From Octopus sinensis (lineage: Eukaryota): a DNA stretch of 64,000 nt. The stretch's first letter is position 1; each line of letters opens with the position of its first letter. The translations under genes and the position numbers were made by a program. Location of the stretch: positions 12,462,001 to 12,526,000 of the forward strand of contig NC_043021.1 in the NCBI RefSeq assembly GCF_006345805.1, read 5' to 3'. The notes under the pieces are model-generated. The model worked only from the letters and a program-made list of their open reading frames with translations. It was not told where the DNA came from and ran no database searches. Shown here in pieces: positions 38,313 through 50,036 of this stretch.

Positions 38313-38535
38313 ATCATTGTTTGACCGTGGTCGAGACAATGGAATTTACTATGCTACGCCAGACTTCATGGTCTATCATAGCATTACGGAGGTCCTGTTG
38401 CTGGATGCCTGTATCCCTGGAGATTACATCAAGGTAGGAGAGTGTGTGCCCTCTGGTATTGCGAGTAGATGGCTTCCAGAGGAGAAGAGTAGAAATTGCC
38501 TCGTTTTCAGCTCTACAACAATGTCCAGCAAACTG
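38313..38535 (-). mobile_element. RTE-like LINE 3' end
   Basis: RRVQFAGHCCRAENEAISTLLLWKP...DVISRDTG...LRNAMIDHEVWRSIV with a (TGA)n tail. Confidence 0.75.
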
Positions 38536-39229
38536 GACTCTCCTACCTGTTATTGATAGCTGCATGTACACGTGCGTGAGTGTATGCGTACATGTGTATC
38601 CCTCTCTCTCTTTCGGAGAGGCACTGAACACCTACACACACACATACACGGCAGTAACTTCCGCCTACCGAATTCAATCACAAAGCTTCGGTCGACTCGG
38701 GGCTATAGTGGAAGACACCTGCCCAAAGTGCCATGCAGTGGGACTGAACCCGAAACCATGTAGCTAGGAAGCAAGCCCCCTAACCACACAGCCATATGTA
38801 TATATTTGGGTATATGTGTATATGTGTGTGTCGAAGGGGCCAGAGGAGCTGGCATCGACCACGATCGGTTGGTGCTTTTTACGTGCCACCGGCACAGAAG
38901 CCAGTCAAGGCAGCACTGGCATTGTCCACGTTCAGATGGTGCTTTTTACGTGCCACCGGCATGGGTATCACAACTACAATTTCCACTTGATTTTTATTTT
39001 GATGTTGATGTACTTGACTCAATAGGGTCTCCTCAAGCACAGCAGGTCGCCCTATGATCCAAGGTAAGCACAGCAGGCCGTCCTGTGATCCAAGGTGCTT
39101 TGGATGGGCTGGAGCTGCTATGGGAACAAAAAACATCGTCTTCATCTTCTTTGCCCATTTATTCCTGGGAAGGTTGTGGGGGAAGAATCCTCTCGCTTGC
39201 CTCCCATTGGGTCTTGCTAGAAGCAACCA

Positions 39230-39390
39230 TCTCCAACTGATCTAGCTGGATTCCCCAAGCAAGATCACGGAAGTTATCTAACCATCATACTCGTGGTCTA
39301 CCCTTGGGTCTCCTGCCAGTTGGTTTATCCCATAAAACCTGTCCAGGGATTGTTTCCCCAGACATTCTTAGCACATAGCCATAGTAACAG
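39230..39390 (-). mobile_element. Short RTE-like ORF2 C-terminal fragment; related fragment at about 15395-15700 (+)
   Basis: YYGYVLRMSGETIPGQVLWDKPTGRRPKGRPR motif. Confidence 0.6.
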
Positions 39391-39944
39391 AGTTACTCTT
39401 TTACTTGTTTCAGTCATTTGACTATGGCCATGCTGGAGCATTGCCTTTAGTTGAGCAAATCGACCCCAGGACTTATTCTATATCAGTCTCTTTTGCCGAG
39501 CCAAGTTATGGGGACGTAAACACACCAGCATCAGTTGTCAAGCGATGTTGCGGGGTCAAACACAGACACATAAACATACACACACATATATACGACGGGC
39601 TTCTTTCAGTTTCCGTCTACCAAATCCACTCACAAGGCTTTGGTCGGCCCGAGGCTATAGTAGAAGACACTTGCCCAAGGTGCCACACAGTGGGAATGAA
39701 CCCAGAACCATGTGGATGGTAAGCAAGCTACTCACAACACAGCCACTCCTGTGATTTCTCAGTTCAAAGAATTAGTGGTTTCTACCTGGAATGAAGACTT
39801 GCAGGATAAAAACAAAACAGAAAAATAACTTGCTTGATAGACAGGTAAGGGTTAGCAACAGAAAGAGCATCCAGTTGAACAATGCCTCAGTTATGTGTCT
39901 TCATCTAACCCATGCTAGCATGGAAAAAGAACAGATGTAAAAAC

Positions 39945-40180
39945 AAACAACTCTTTCATGGGGCTGAAGAGATGATAGTCCAGTGACGAGGAAGTGAAAA
40001 CTCTAGTGAAGAAGTGGCTCAAAGAACAGTCAACAGAATTTTACGGGGCAGGGATACATGCTCTCATTCGAAGGTGGAACATTGCTATTGTGAGAAATGG
40101 TGACTATATTGAGAAGTAGGGATGTGATTCACAGAGGACCAGCTTCATTTGGATGTATGATACATGTTCTTGTGTTGGTA
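39945..40180 (+). mobile_element. Mariner transposase 3' end fragment
   Basis: SDEEVKTLVKKWLKEQSTEFYGAGIHALIRRWNIAIVRNGDYIEK*. Confidence 0.75.
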
Positions 40181-40181
40181 A

Positions 40182-40332
40182 TTATAATTTAACACACGCA
40201 CTGGTAAAATTTCCACTTATTTCTTATTTTTATTTTCCTAAAATTTTCGTTACGTCTTGCAACCTTTTAAATAGACTTTTAGGAAAATAAGGAATACGTG
40301 GAAATTTTACTGGTGAGTGTGTTAAATTATAA
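40182..40332. repeat. Imperfect foldback / MITE-like palindrome
   Basis: ttataatttaacacac...gtaaaatttccac pairs with gtggaaattttac...gtgtgttaaattataa. Confidence 0.85.
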
Positions 40333-40654
40333 AACACAAAAAGAAAACGACTCTCCCCAGACACAACAAAATCAACATTATTTTCCCTCTTACTGTTTTG
40401 TTTCATTTTGAAAAAAAATATTTTATGGTTTGTTATTGTTTATATTTTGAATTACATAATCTTTTATAGGGGCACCAAAGTCTCCTAAGTGCTTAGGGCC
40501 TCGATGGGTCTTCATCCGGTCCTGAAGCAGGCGCAAGATGGAATGATTGTTAACCTAGTGTTATATAGACTAGTATATCTAGTGTGCTGTTTTGCACTAC
40601 TGTATGGTACTATAATATACTGTACTGTATAGTATTCTTTCCTTTCTTTTATAG

Positions 40655-40724
40655 TTGCAGTATTTGCTTTGTGAAACACAATACTCATTTTATTGTACAT
40701 GAATCAAATATGGAAATACTCAAG
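40655..40724 (+). CDS. CENPV: CENP-V/GFA exon 3 (CSICFVKHNTHFIVHESNMEILK)
   Basis: Acceptor ttttatAG, donor GTGGGT. Completes the CNCSIC motif. Phase 2 in, phase 0 out. Confidence 0.93.
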
Positions 40725-41458
40725 GTGGGTCTCAAATTGTCTTCTTTCTTTACAAACAACTGTAGCTTTTTTTTTTGTTGTTGTTGTTACTTTGGTGGAA
40801 GGGTATAAAAGAAAATTGGTATAGTTGTTGAGTACATTAACCCAAGTACTTGACTGGTAGCTTATTTCAGTGACCCCGAAAGGTTGAAAGGCAAAGTTGA
40901 CCTGAGTAGGATTTGAACCCTGAATACCAAAAACTAGAAGAGATGCTGCTAAACATTTTGTACGATGCACTAATGATGCTGCCAGTTTTTCACCTTTTAT
41001 AATATTTCTGAATTAGGCAGAAGGCCAGCAGTTTTAAAGGGGAGGGATTAACAGGTACCATCAACCCCAGCAAATGACTGGTATTTTATTCTATTGACCT
41101 TGGAGGGATGAAAGAAAAAGTTGTCCTCAGCAAGATTTGAACTCAGAATGAAAAGACCCAGAAGAAATACTGCAAAACATTTTTTTTTTTGAATGCTGCA
41201 ATAATTTTGCCTGTTTACTCCCTTCTTTTCAGTTTTGGAAGCCCTTGGTTAAAAAAAAAAGGGTCTGGAAGCTGTCCTTCCTTCCTCTCATCAAATTGTG
41301 AAACAAAAAAATCTAAACTGTTCTTTGGAAAACAGATTAAAGAAATTTATTTCAATGGGTTGGTATCAAAAAGGTTAATGACTTATCTAACCCAGTGTCC
41401 CCTAACTTGCCCTCTTTATTACTATTCCTCTTCATTGCCTTATTTTTCTTTCATTCAG

Positions 41459-41573
41459 GGAGAAGAAAACTTAACCACATATCGATTCAACACCATGACA
41501 GCAAAACACATGTTCTGCAAAATCTGCGGAGTACAGAGTTTCTATGTCCCTCGTTCAAACCAAGATTCTTATG
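41459..41573 (+). CDS. CENPV: CENP-V/GFA exon 4 (GEENLTTYRFNTMTAKHMFCKICGVQSFYVPRSNQDSY)
   Basis: Acceptor ttcAG, donor GTAAGC. Matches the family motif TYxFNTxxAxHxFCxxCGVQSFYxPRSN. Confidence 0.96.
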
Positions 41574-41691
41574 GTAAGCAACAAGCAAAATAGATATATT
41601 TCGATCTGAAATTATCTGCAATTCACACAAAAAATTTTCTGTACTTTAAGACTTCAAATTCATTTATTTCTCATTTGTTTGTTTCTCGCAG

Positions 41692-41807
41692 GCATCAATC
41701 CTCGCTGTTTGGATTCTTATGAGTCCTTATCAATGAAAACTGAATATTTTGATGGCAGACATTGGGAAACGTCTTTTTCTGAGAAGGCCCCACAGTCATT
41801 TAAGTAA
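41692..41807 (+). CDS. CENPV: CENP-V/GFA last exon (GINPRCLDSYESLSMKTEYFDGRHWETSFSEKAPQSFK*)
   Basis: Follows a 118-nt intron with acceptor tcgcAG. Matches GIxPxCLD...FxGxxWE. TAA at 41805-41807. Confidence 0.94.
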
Positions 41808-41819
41808 CAAACTATGCTC

Positions 41820-42390
41820 ACTTAACCTCAAAGCATTCAGATTACTCTGCCAAATGTAATTAATGCTTATTTATCCACATTTATTTTCAATTAATCATGT
41901 ATTATCTTGAAGCTTTAACATTTTGATGATGTGATTGTATATTTCTAGAACGACATTACAGGGTAGGTGTGAGAGGCCAGATACGGCCAAATAAACCTTT
42001 TAGCGTTCAGATTATTCTGTCAAGTGTAATGCTTATTTATTCACATTGCTTTGAATTAATCCTGTATTATCTTGTAACTTTAAGATTTCAATGATGTGAT
42101 TGTTTGGCTTTAGAATGACATTGTAGGGTAGGTGTGAGAGGCCAGATACAGCCAGTTTAACCCTTCAGCATTCAGATTACTCTGTCAAATGCAATGCTTA
42201 TTTATTTACTCACTTTGCTTTGAGCTAATCATGCATTATCTTGCAGCTTGGAGATTTCAATGATGTGACTGCTTATTTTTGAAATGACATTGTAGGGCAG
42301 GGATGAGAGGCCAGATATGGCCAGTAAAACCCTTTAGTATTTAGATAACTGTGTTGTTTTGAATTATTCATGCAATATCTTGTGGCTTGA
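41820..42390 (+). repeat. Tandem array (about 3.4 x 170 bp) of piggyBac-MITE-derived units
   Basis: Repeated gcattcagattactctgtcaaatg...gtagggtaggtgtgagaggccagata units starting near 41822, 41993, 42160 and 42328. Confidence 0.8.
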
Positions 42391-42536
42391 AGATTTCAAT
42401 GGTATTACTCTTTTTACTTTTTTACTTGTTTCAGTCATTTGACTGCGGCCATGCTGGAGCACTGCCATTAGTCAAACAATATATATATGCAAATAAACAC
42501 ACATCATCATCGTTTAACATCATGTATCTATATATA

Positions 42537-42888
42537 TTGGGTTGTCCGGAAAGTTCATGCCGATTTTTAAAGGAAAGGAAAAGTTCAATAAATACTTGCC
42601 ATTACATTTTTAATCAACCAAATCTGAACCATTTTGTTGCACAATGCATCTCCATTTTTCCTTTAACTTGAAAATACCCTCTTCCCAGAATTGAGGTGGT
42701 TTCATGGCAAAGAATTCATCAAGGTATCTTTTTACGTCACCCAAGGAATTGAAATTTTTACCATCAAGACTATTCTGCAGAGACCTGAATAAGTGTAAAT
42801 CCGAAGGAGCAGTATCTGGTGAATATGGAGGGTGGGATAACACATCCCAGCCAAGCTGCAGCAATTTTTGTCTGGCTCCCAAAGCATC
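42537..42888 (-). mobile_element. Mariner-derived non-autonomous element, 3' part with TIR
   Basis: RQKLLQLGWDVLSHPPYSPDTAPSDLHLFRSLQN. TIR ttgggttgtccggaaagttcatgccgattt preceded by TA. Confidence 0.9.
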
Positions 42889-44424
42889 GGATAACATCAA
42901 TGGCATGGAGAGGGGAGGCTGGTATGCATGGGTGACTACTGGTCTTCCATAAACAACCTGGACTTGTGCCTTCGAAGGGATCTTTTATATGTATATATTT
43001 ATAAATTATATACATATTTTTCTACCTGTCTGCATATCTAATTATACATAAACAAAAGTGTAAAGACCCCCTTCAGTCACAAATGACTTTGGGATTGCAC
43101 CTAGAAAGTTCTCCTCCAAGGTAGATGTCTGGGCAAATTTGTTTATAAAAGACCAGCAGTCGCCCATGCATACCAGCCTCTTCTCTCTTCGTCACCCAGG
43201 TATATGTTACCGATATTCCTCAGTCATATGGGGTATTAGTATTATCACTGATATCATATTCCGATAAACTAGTAGATCACTAACACATGTGCCTTCCTCT
43301 TGGAAAATGCTTCTTTCTGGAACATTCCTATTCATAATGTTTTGTCCTCTAACAACTACCACCTCCATCATCATCATCATTTAACGTCCGCTTTCCATGC
43401 TAGCATGGGTTGGACGATTTGACTGAGGAGTGGTGAACCAGATGGCTGCACCAGGCTCCAATCTTGATCTGGCAGAGTTTCTACAGCTGGATGCCCTTCC
43501 TAATGCCAACCACTTCGAGAGTGTAGTGGGTGCTTTTATGTGCCAATCATGCGGTACTGGCAACGGCCACACTCAAATGGTGTTTTTTTACGTGCCACCT
43601 GCACAGGAGCCAGTCCAGCAGCACTGGCAATGACCTCGCTCGAATGTTTTTTTCATGTGCCACTAAGGTGACGCTGGTAATGACCATGCTCAAATGGTGC
43701 TTTTTACATGCCACCAGCACAGAAGCCAGTCAGCTGCTCTGGTGACAATCACGCTCAGATGGTGCTCTTAGTGCTCCACTAGCGACGGATGCTAGTCATC
43801 GAATTTGATTTCGAATTCGAGAAAATTAACCACATGGGCATTCTAATCTTTCTTTGCACTTCAACAAGGTTCTCAAAGGCTACAGGTTTTGAGTTTACTC
43901 CATTGCAATCCTGTAGTTTCAGGTTCAGTCCCATCATGTGCTACTTCAAACAAGTGACTTGTATTTATAGCCCCAGGTCAACTAATACTTTGCGATTGAA
44001 TTTCGTAGATGGAAACTGGGGGTAAGCCCGTCATATATTTATGCGTGTGTGTGTTTGTCCTCTCCATCACTTGGTGATCTGATTGGTGTTAGTTTGTTTA
44101 TATCCCTGTAACTTCACAGTACAGCAAAAGAGACTAAATCACATCACATACGTGTGTGTGTGTTTATATTCCTCTCCACTGCTTGATGATCAGTGTTGGT
44201 TTGTTTACATCCCTGTAACTTAGTAGTACAGGAAGAGACCAGAGCCCATCATATATATGTGTGTGTGTCTCTATGTTTGTCCTCCTCTCCACCATCTGGC
44301 GGTGACCGGTGTTGGTTTGTTTACATCCCTATAACTTAGCAGTTCAGCTAAAAAGACCAATAGAATAAGTACCAGACTTACTGGGGTCAATGTTTCATAG
44401 CATCTATATTAAAATCTTAGTGAA

Positions 44425-44690
44425 GGCACGTGGCCCAGTAGTTAGGTTGTTGCACCCACAATCACTAGATCAAAGGTTCAATTCCCAGATCGGGCAGCAC
44501 GTTGCGTTCATGGGCAAAACACTTCATCTTACATTGCTCCAGTCCCCTTCTGAGCAGTGGGGAGTGTTGGCCTACTTGCCGAGCCAGCAAGGTGGCGTCA
44601 TTTGATGGCTAAGACAATGCAAAGCGCATTGTGACCAGTGATGTGTAACAACACCTGATAGTCTGGTCGGTCATGTGACCACATGATATT
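44425..44690 (+). mobile_element. tRNA-derived SINE (further family)
   Basis: Head ggcacgtggcccagtagttag...ggttcaattccc followed by ttcatgggcaaaacact. Confidence 0.55.
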
Positions 44691-45728
44691 AAAATCTTGG
44701 CTGTTGACTTTTAATTTATATCTCGTTTCAGTCATTGGACTGTGGTCATGCTGGAGCTCTGTCTTGAAGTGTTTCAGTTGGACAAATTGACCCCAGGACT
44801 TATAAGGGTTTTTGCTTTTTTTTTCAGTTTAGTATTTATTCTATCGGTTTTTTTTTTTTTGCCAAACCACTAAGTTAAAGGGGATGTAAACAGTCCAACA
44901 TTGGTTGTCAAGGAAGAGTGGGGGACAGACACAAAGATACACACATTCCACAGGCTTCCTCATAGTTTCCAGCTATGAAATTCTCTCACAAGGCATTCGT
45001 AGGACCAGAGCTCTAATGGAAGACACTTGCCTAAGGTGTTATGCAGTGGGACTGAACCTAAAACCACATGACTGCAGTGTGAGGTTCAATATGGTCAACT
45101 GCATGGTGTGAGCTTTTGCAGTTACTCTACTGTCTCAGTTCTCAGTCAGACTGAGTGTTATAATTTGCTAAAACAATTAGCAGTGTATCTCCTGTTTTCT
45201 CTTTGTTTGTCCATCCCTTTGACATGCACTTCAAAAAGTCGATTAACTGCTACGATGCATTCACTATGTCTGTGTTTTATTTTCATTTCCATGCAAACAT
45301 TTCTAATAAACTTTAAGTATATATATTGTTTTTTTTTCAATCCCAGATAATAAATTTTTATTCATTAATAAACATTTCATTATAGGTTCAATTTCCAGGT
45401 AGCTACAGAACTTAACAGTTAAAAAAGGGAAACGGGGAATAATACAATAATCAACAAGTGAAGATGGGTTTCCAAGGGTCAAGCAATAATAATAATAATA
45501 ATAACACTAAGGATTTCAAATTTTGGCACAAAGCCAGTGATTTCTTAGAAGGGAAGGGTAAGTCGATCACATCGACCCCAGTACTCAACTGGTACTTATT
45601 TTATCAACTATAGGGAATGAAAGGCAAAGTTGACCTTGGCGGTATTTGAACTCAAAATGTATAAACACAGGAAGAAATGCTGCTGGGCATTTTGTCCAGT
45701 GTGCTAACGATTCTGCCAGCTCACCACC

Positions 45729-45769
<41 letters not shown>

Positions 45770-46562
45770 CATAATAATAATAACAACAACAACGATAATA
45801 ATAATAATAATAGTAGTGAATCCAATAGATATTTGGAATATTAAACTTGTAACAATATTTACATTGGAAACATGGTGAAGATTATCATCAATAAATAGGT
45901 TTTTTTTAAGTTAAAATAAATAATGATTGAACATTATTATTAAGTACAACAACAACAAAAACAACAGTGGTACATGGGTCTGAACTGCTCGACAATGAAA
46001 GCCGGGAGGATTTTATGTTTTTGACGGGGTGCAACAACAGGTCTATAAAGTCGCTACCACAGAGCTAATCGGGGGGGGTACTTCTACAATGCGGTATAGA
46101 GGGGGCGGGGTGACAGGATCGCAGAAATGGTGGGAAGGGGTGGGAGGAGGAGGAGGAGGAAGGAAAAAAAGATGCATAGTATGGGGGTTGGTGGAATGGG
46201 AGGATGGCGGGGGGGGGGGGGAGAATGACCAAATATGGTTCGATAATATTCGAAAGAGAAAAATTAATGTTAATTATTAATTGATTTATAATAATCATTG
46301 CAATCCTCGTTATCATTGCAGATTCGAAATGGAAACTGAATTAGAATGATCGATTTCTATATTTTTTATATGTGTGTGTGTGTGTGTGATGGTCAATGAA
46401 TCAGAAGAAAATTAAATAGGAACGAAAATTTTGTACTTAGGATGTTTGTGTGAGTGAGAGTGTGTGCATATATATATATATAATAATAAATATTAGGGAA
46501 TGAATCCAAAATTACAGGGAAAAATCAGATTTAGGGTTAAATCCAATTTTATAGTAAAATAT

Positions 46563-46735
46563 TATATAATATAATTCGAGACAAAACCACTATTTTAAAA
46601 CCAAACAGAAAAGACTTAATCAATACATAAAATTTTAATATAAATTAAATAAAATTTATTTAATTTATATTAAAATTTTATGTATTGATTAAGTCTTTTC
46701 TTGTTTGGTTTTAAAATAGTGGTTTTGTCTCGAAT

Positions 46736-46746
<11 letters not shown>
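46563..46746. repeat. Near-perfect AT-rich palindrome, about 92-bp arms, 1-nt centre
   Basis: ataattcgagacaaaaccactatttt...aaaatagtggttttgtctcgaattat, with one indel between the arms. Confidence 0.92.
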
Positions 46747-46773
<27 letters not shown>

Positions 46774-47278
46774 AAGAAAAAGGGTGAGAGAGAGAGAATG
46801 AGAGAGAAACAAAGAAAGTGATAATCAATATTTTTAGAGATTGGGGGAGGAGCATAAATTTTAGCGAAAGTGTTAAATTAAAAGTAGAATGAAAATTTTT
46901 TTTATATTCAGGATGTATGCATGAGTGAATGTTTTATAATGTGTGTGTGAGATGGAGGGGGGGAGAGAGAAAGATAGAAAGAAAGAAAGAGAGAGAGAAA
47001 GCAAAGAAAAGGAGATAATAATTTAAACACGGAGGAGGGTGGGGTAAAACAAGTTTCAGCAATAAACTCGTCAAGTTAATTAGTGAGTTGTTTAAACTTC
47101 ATACGATGAATACGACGAAAACAACTTTCTACGTTTTTTTTTCTTTTTGAATTCTGCGATTCTTACTTTAATTTACTAACAAAGACTAATTCTGTTTTGT
47201 TTTGTTTTTTTGGGGGGTTTTTTGCTTTTTTTTTTCTTTTGCTTTTTTTTCGTTTTTTTTTTAATTATTTTTATTATT

Positions 47279-48222
47279 TTACTTGTACTCGGTGCTTTTA
47301 GTGTGGTGGTGGTTGCCCCTCCAACTATTGTCAAATCTTGCTATCGACTCCACTGCTAGTGTCTCTAGTTGAGGACCGTTACATTCACAGGACTGTTTTC
47401 TAAAGCAGTGTGGTCTGACCACATTTTTGACATAGACGTGTTGTAAATTCTGACCTTGTATCTGGTTGTTATTCTGTCGAATTGGTGGCAGCAAACGAGA
47501 TGTTGGCTTCGATTTGATAAGTAGTGATGAAGACCCAGCCATGTTGGAGGGATTATTATTATTATTATTATTACTACTACTACTACTGCCGTTGTTAGTG
47601 GAGCAGTTCCCGTTGCCGGGATGACGGTGCTTTTGATAAAGCTCACGGTTAACATACTGGGAAGATGTCAGCTCCATGTGATCTTGAGAAGAGGAATTCT
47701 GCACTGTGACTATATGGTGGGGGCTGCTCTGATGCAGAGCATGGTTCCGAGAGTTGACGCTGGACCGTCCTCCAGATGACGACAGCGGAGAATGCCAACC
47801 GTCGTTCATTTCCACATCATCTGACCGACTCTTTTGCATGTAGCCACGTCTCGAATGCCTGCCACCAGAAGAGCCTGGAGCATTCTTTGGTGGGACAGGA
47901 GCAGAATGGAATGATTTTTCTTTAGACTTTAGATTGAGATTCTCTTCGAGTTTCTGCTGGATCTTCATCTTGTGAAGCTCGGTGGAAAGGTGGGCTATGT
48001 AGTCAGCTTTGGAATCAAGATCTGAACGGAGGTTATTCAGTTCTTTGTCTTTGGCAATCAGCTCCTGATTGTGTTTTATAGCTTGGTACTTCAACTGAAT
48101 CTCCAATTTCTTTATCTCGTTACGTTCTTTCTTCAGCAATTCCGCTATATTACTTTCATTGGTTTTTATACTTTCTAATTCTTCCTCTAAATTCTTTATT
48201 TTCTGTTCTGCCGCTTCAACTT
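47279..48222 (-). CDS. CCDC92: CCDC92 last exon (EVEAAEQKIKNLEEEL...LRSDLDSKADYIAHLSTELHK...LLPPI...QLETLAVESI...STEYK*)
   Basis: Acceptor ttcacAG in phase 1. Matches human motifs RASTIAYLTSQLH, LVIPPI and VKTLAVD. The three exons total 1119 nt = 372 aa plus stop. Confidence 0.92.
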
Positions 48223-49415
48223 CTGTGAAAGAAAAAAAAGGAAAAGAAAAGAAAAACATTGAAACATTGAAGAATGTCAACTGTTCTCTCTCTTAATGGA
48301 AGAATGGGTAACATTTATTACTGTTGATTCAAGGGTCAACAAACTAGGAACAATCTCCTCATCGTCCTTCTCTCTCTCTCTTTCTCTCTGTCTCTCTTCT
48401 TTAGGAAGAAGTCAGCTGTACTTAGATATTTAAGAGCCCACTCTTTGGGTCTCCAAGCCTTGGATCATGTACTTATTTCTTTATTGCCCACAAGGGGCTA
48501 AAGATAGAGGAGACAAACAAGGACAGACACAGGGATTGAGTCAATTATATTGAACCTGAAATGATGAAAGGCAAAGCTGACCTCAGCAGAATTTGAACTC
48601 AGAACGTAAAGACAGACGAAATGCTGCCAAGCATTTCACCCGCTGTGCTAACATTTCTGCCAGCTCTTTGCCTTAATAATAATAATAATAATAATAATTT
48701 AACGCCCAATTTCCATGCAGGCATGGGTTGGATGGTTTGACAAGAGCTAGCAAGCCTCGGGACTGCACCAAGCTCTATTATCTGTTTTGGCATAGTTTCT
48801 TATTTCTTTATTGCCCACAAGGGGCTAAACAAGGACAGACAAACGGATTAAGTCGATTACATTGACCCCAGTGCGTAACTGGTACTTAATTTATCAACCC
48901 CCGAAAGGATGAAAGGCAAAGTCGGCCTCGGCGGAATTTGAACTCAGAACGTAATGGCAGACGAAATACCTATTTCTTTACTACCCACAAGAGGCTAAAC
49001 ATAGAGGGGACAAACAAGGACAGACAAACGGATTAAGTCGATTATGTCGACCTCATTGCGTAACTGGTACTTATATAATCGACTCCGAAAGGATGAAAGG
49101 CACAGTCAACCTCAGAACGTAGCGGCAGACGAAATACCGCTAGGCATTTCGCCCAGCATGCTAACATTTCTGCCAACTCACCGCCTTTTGGCATAGCTTC
49201 TATGGCTGGCTGACCTTTCTAACGACCCCTTTACAGAGTGTAGTGGGGAGTATTTTTGTGGCACCAGCAGAGTCACTAAATAATTTGCAAGACAAGACAG
49301 AGTCCCCTCAACTGGTAGGAGTAATCTATCTATCTCTGATAAAGAGAGAGAGAGAGAGCGAGCGAGAGAGAAATCCCTAAGGCAGTTTTTAAAACCACTT
49401 TCTGATTCTACTTAC

Positions 49416-49466
49416 CACTAGGATCATCAGTTTGCAGGCCTTGCATAGTTAGCTTGAAAGTCAGAT
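49416..49466 (-). CDS. CCDC92: CCDC92 51-nt exon (DLTFKLTMQGLQTDDPS)
   Basis: Acceptor gttgcAG, donor GTAAGT, phase 1 to phase 1. Corresponds to human DLTYELTVK. Absent from the supplied ORF track. Confidence 0.92.
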
Positions 49467-49809
49467 CTGCAACGACATCAATAGAATATGATTATTATAT
49501 TAAAACGAATTGGAGAAAAATTATTTATTTATTGGGCAGGAAAAAAGAAAAAAATGAAAGATTTATGTTGTTGCTAAGTAAACATGGAAAATAATTCTTT
49601 CCGGAACAAACATGGAACAGAAAATTGGATTTCAGATTATTAATAACTGTTACGTGGTTGTGTGCTCAGAAGCTTGCTTCCTCACTACATGGTTTCAGGT
49701 TCAGTCCCACTGCCTGGCACCTTAGTGTTTTCTACTATAGCCTCAGGTCAACAAAAGCCTTGTGAGAGGAATTGGTTGAAAGAAATTGAAAGAAGCCCAT
49801 CATCATCGT

Positions 49810-50036
49810 TTAACCCTTTAGTGTTCAGATTATTCAATCAAACATAATGCTTATTGATTCCCATTGATTTGAATTAATCATGCATTATCTCATATCTTCA
49901 AGATCTTGATGGTGTAATTACTTAATGTAGAATAACATTGTAGGGTAGGTGTGAGAGCCTGGATCTGGTCAGTTTGAACATAAAACAGATTAGCTCTTTT
50001 GGCCGGATATGGCCGGTTTAAATACTAAAGGGTTAA
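49810..50036. mobile_element. piggyBac-type MITE (TTAA-CCCTTTAG...CTAAAGGG-TTAA); copies at 15084-15310 and 57907-58390 (interrupted); a related family at 25356-25543
   Basis: TTAA target duplication, CCCTTTAG terminal inverted repeats and a shared internal sequence among copies. Confidence 0.85.

Noticed and set aside
45960-46260. CpG/G-rich patch as a promoter or G-quadruplex switch
   Set aside because: Mostly G-homopolymers and GGA repeats with no associated exon. Not distinguishable from low-complexity background.
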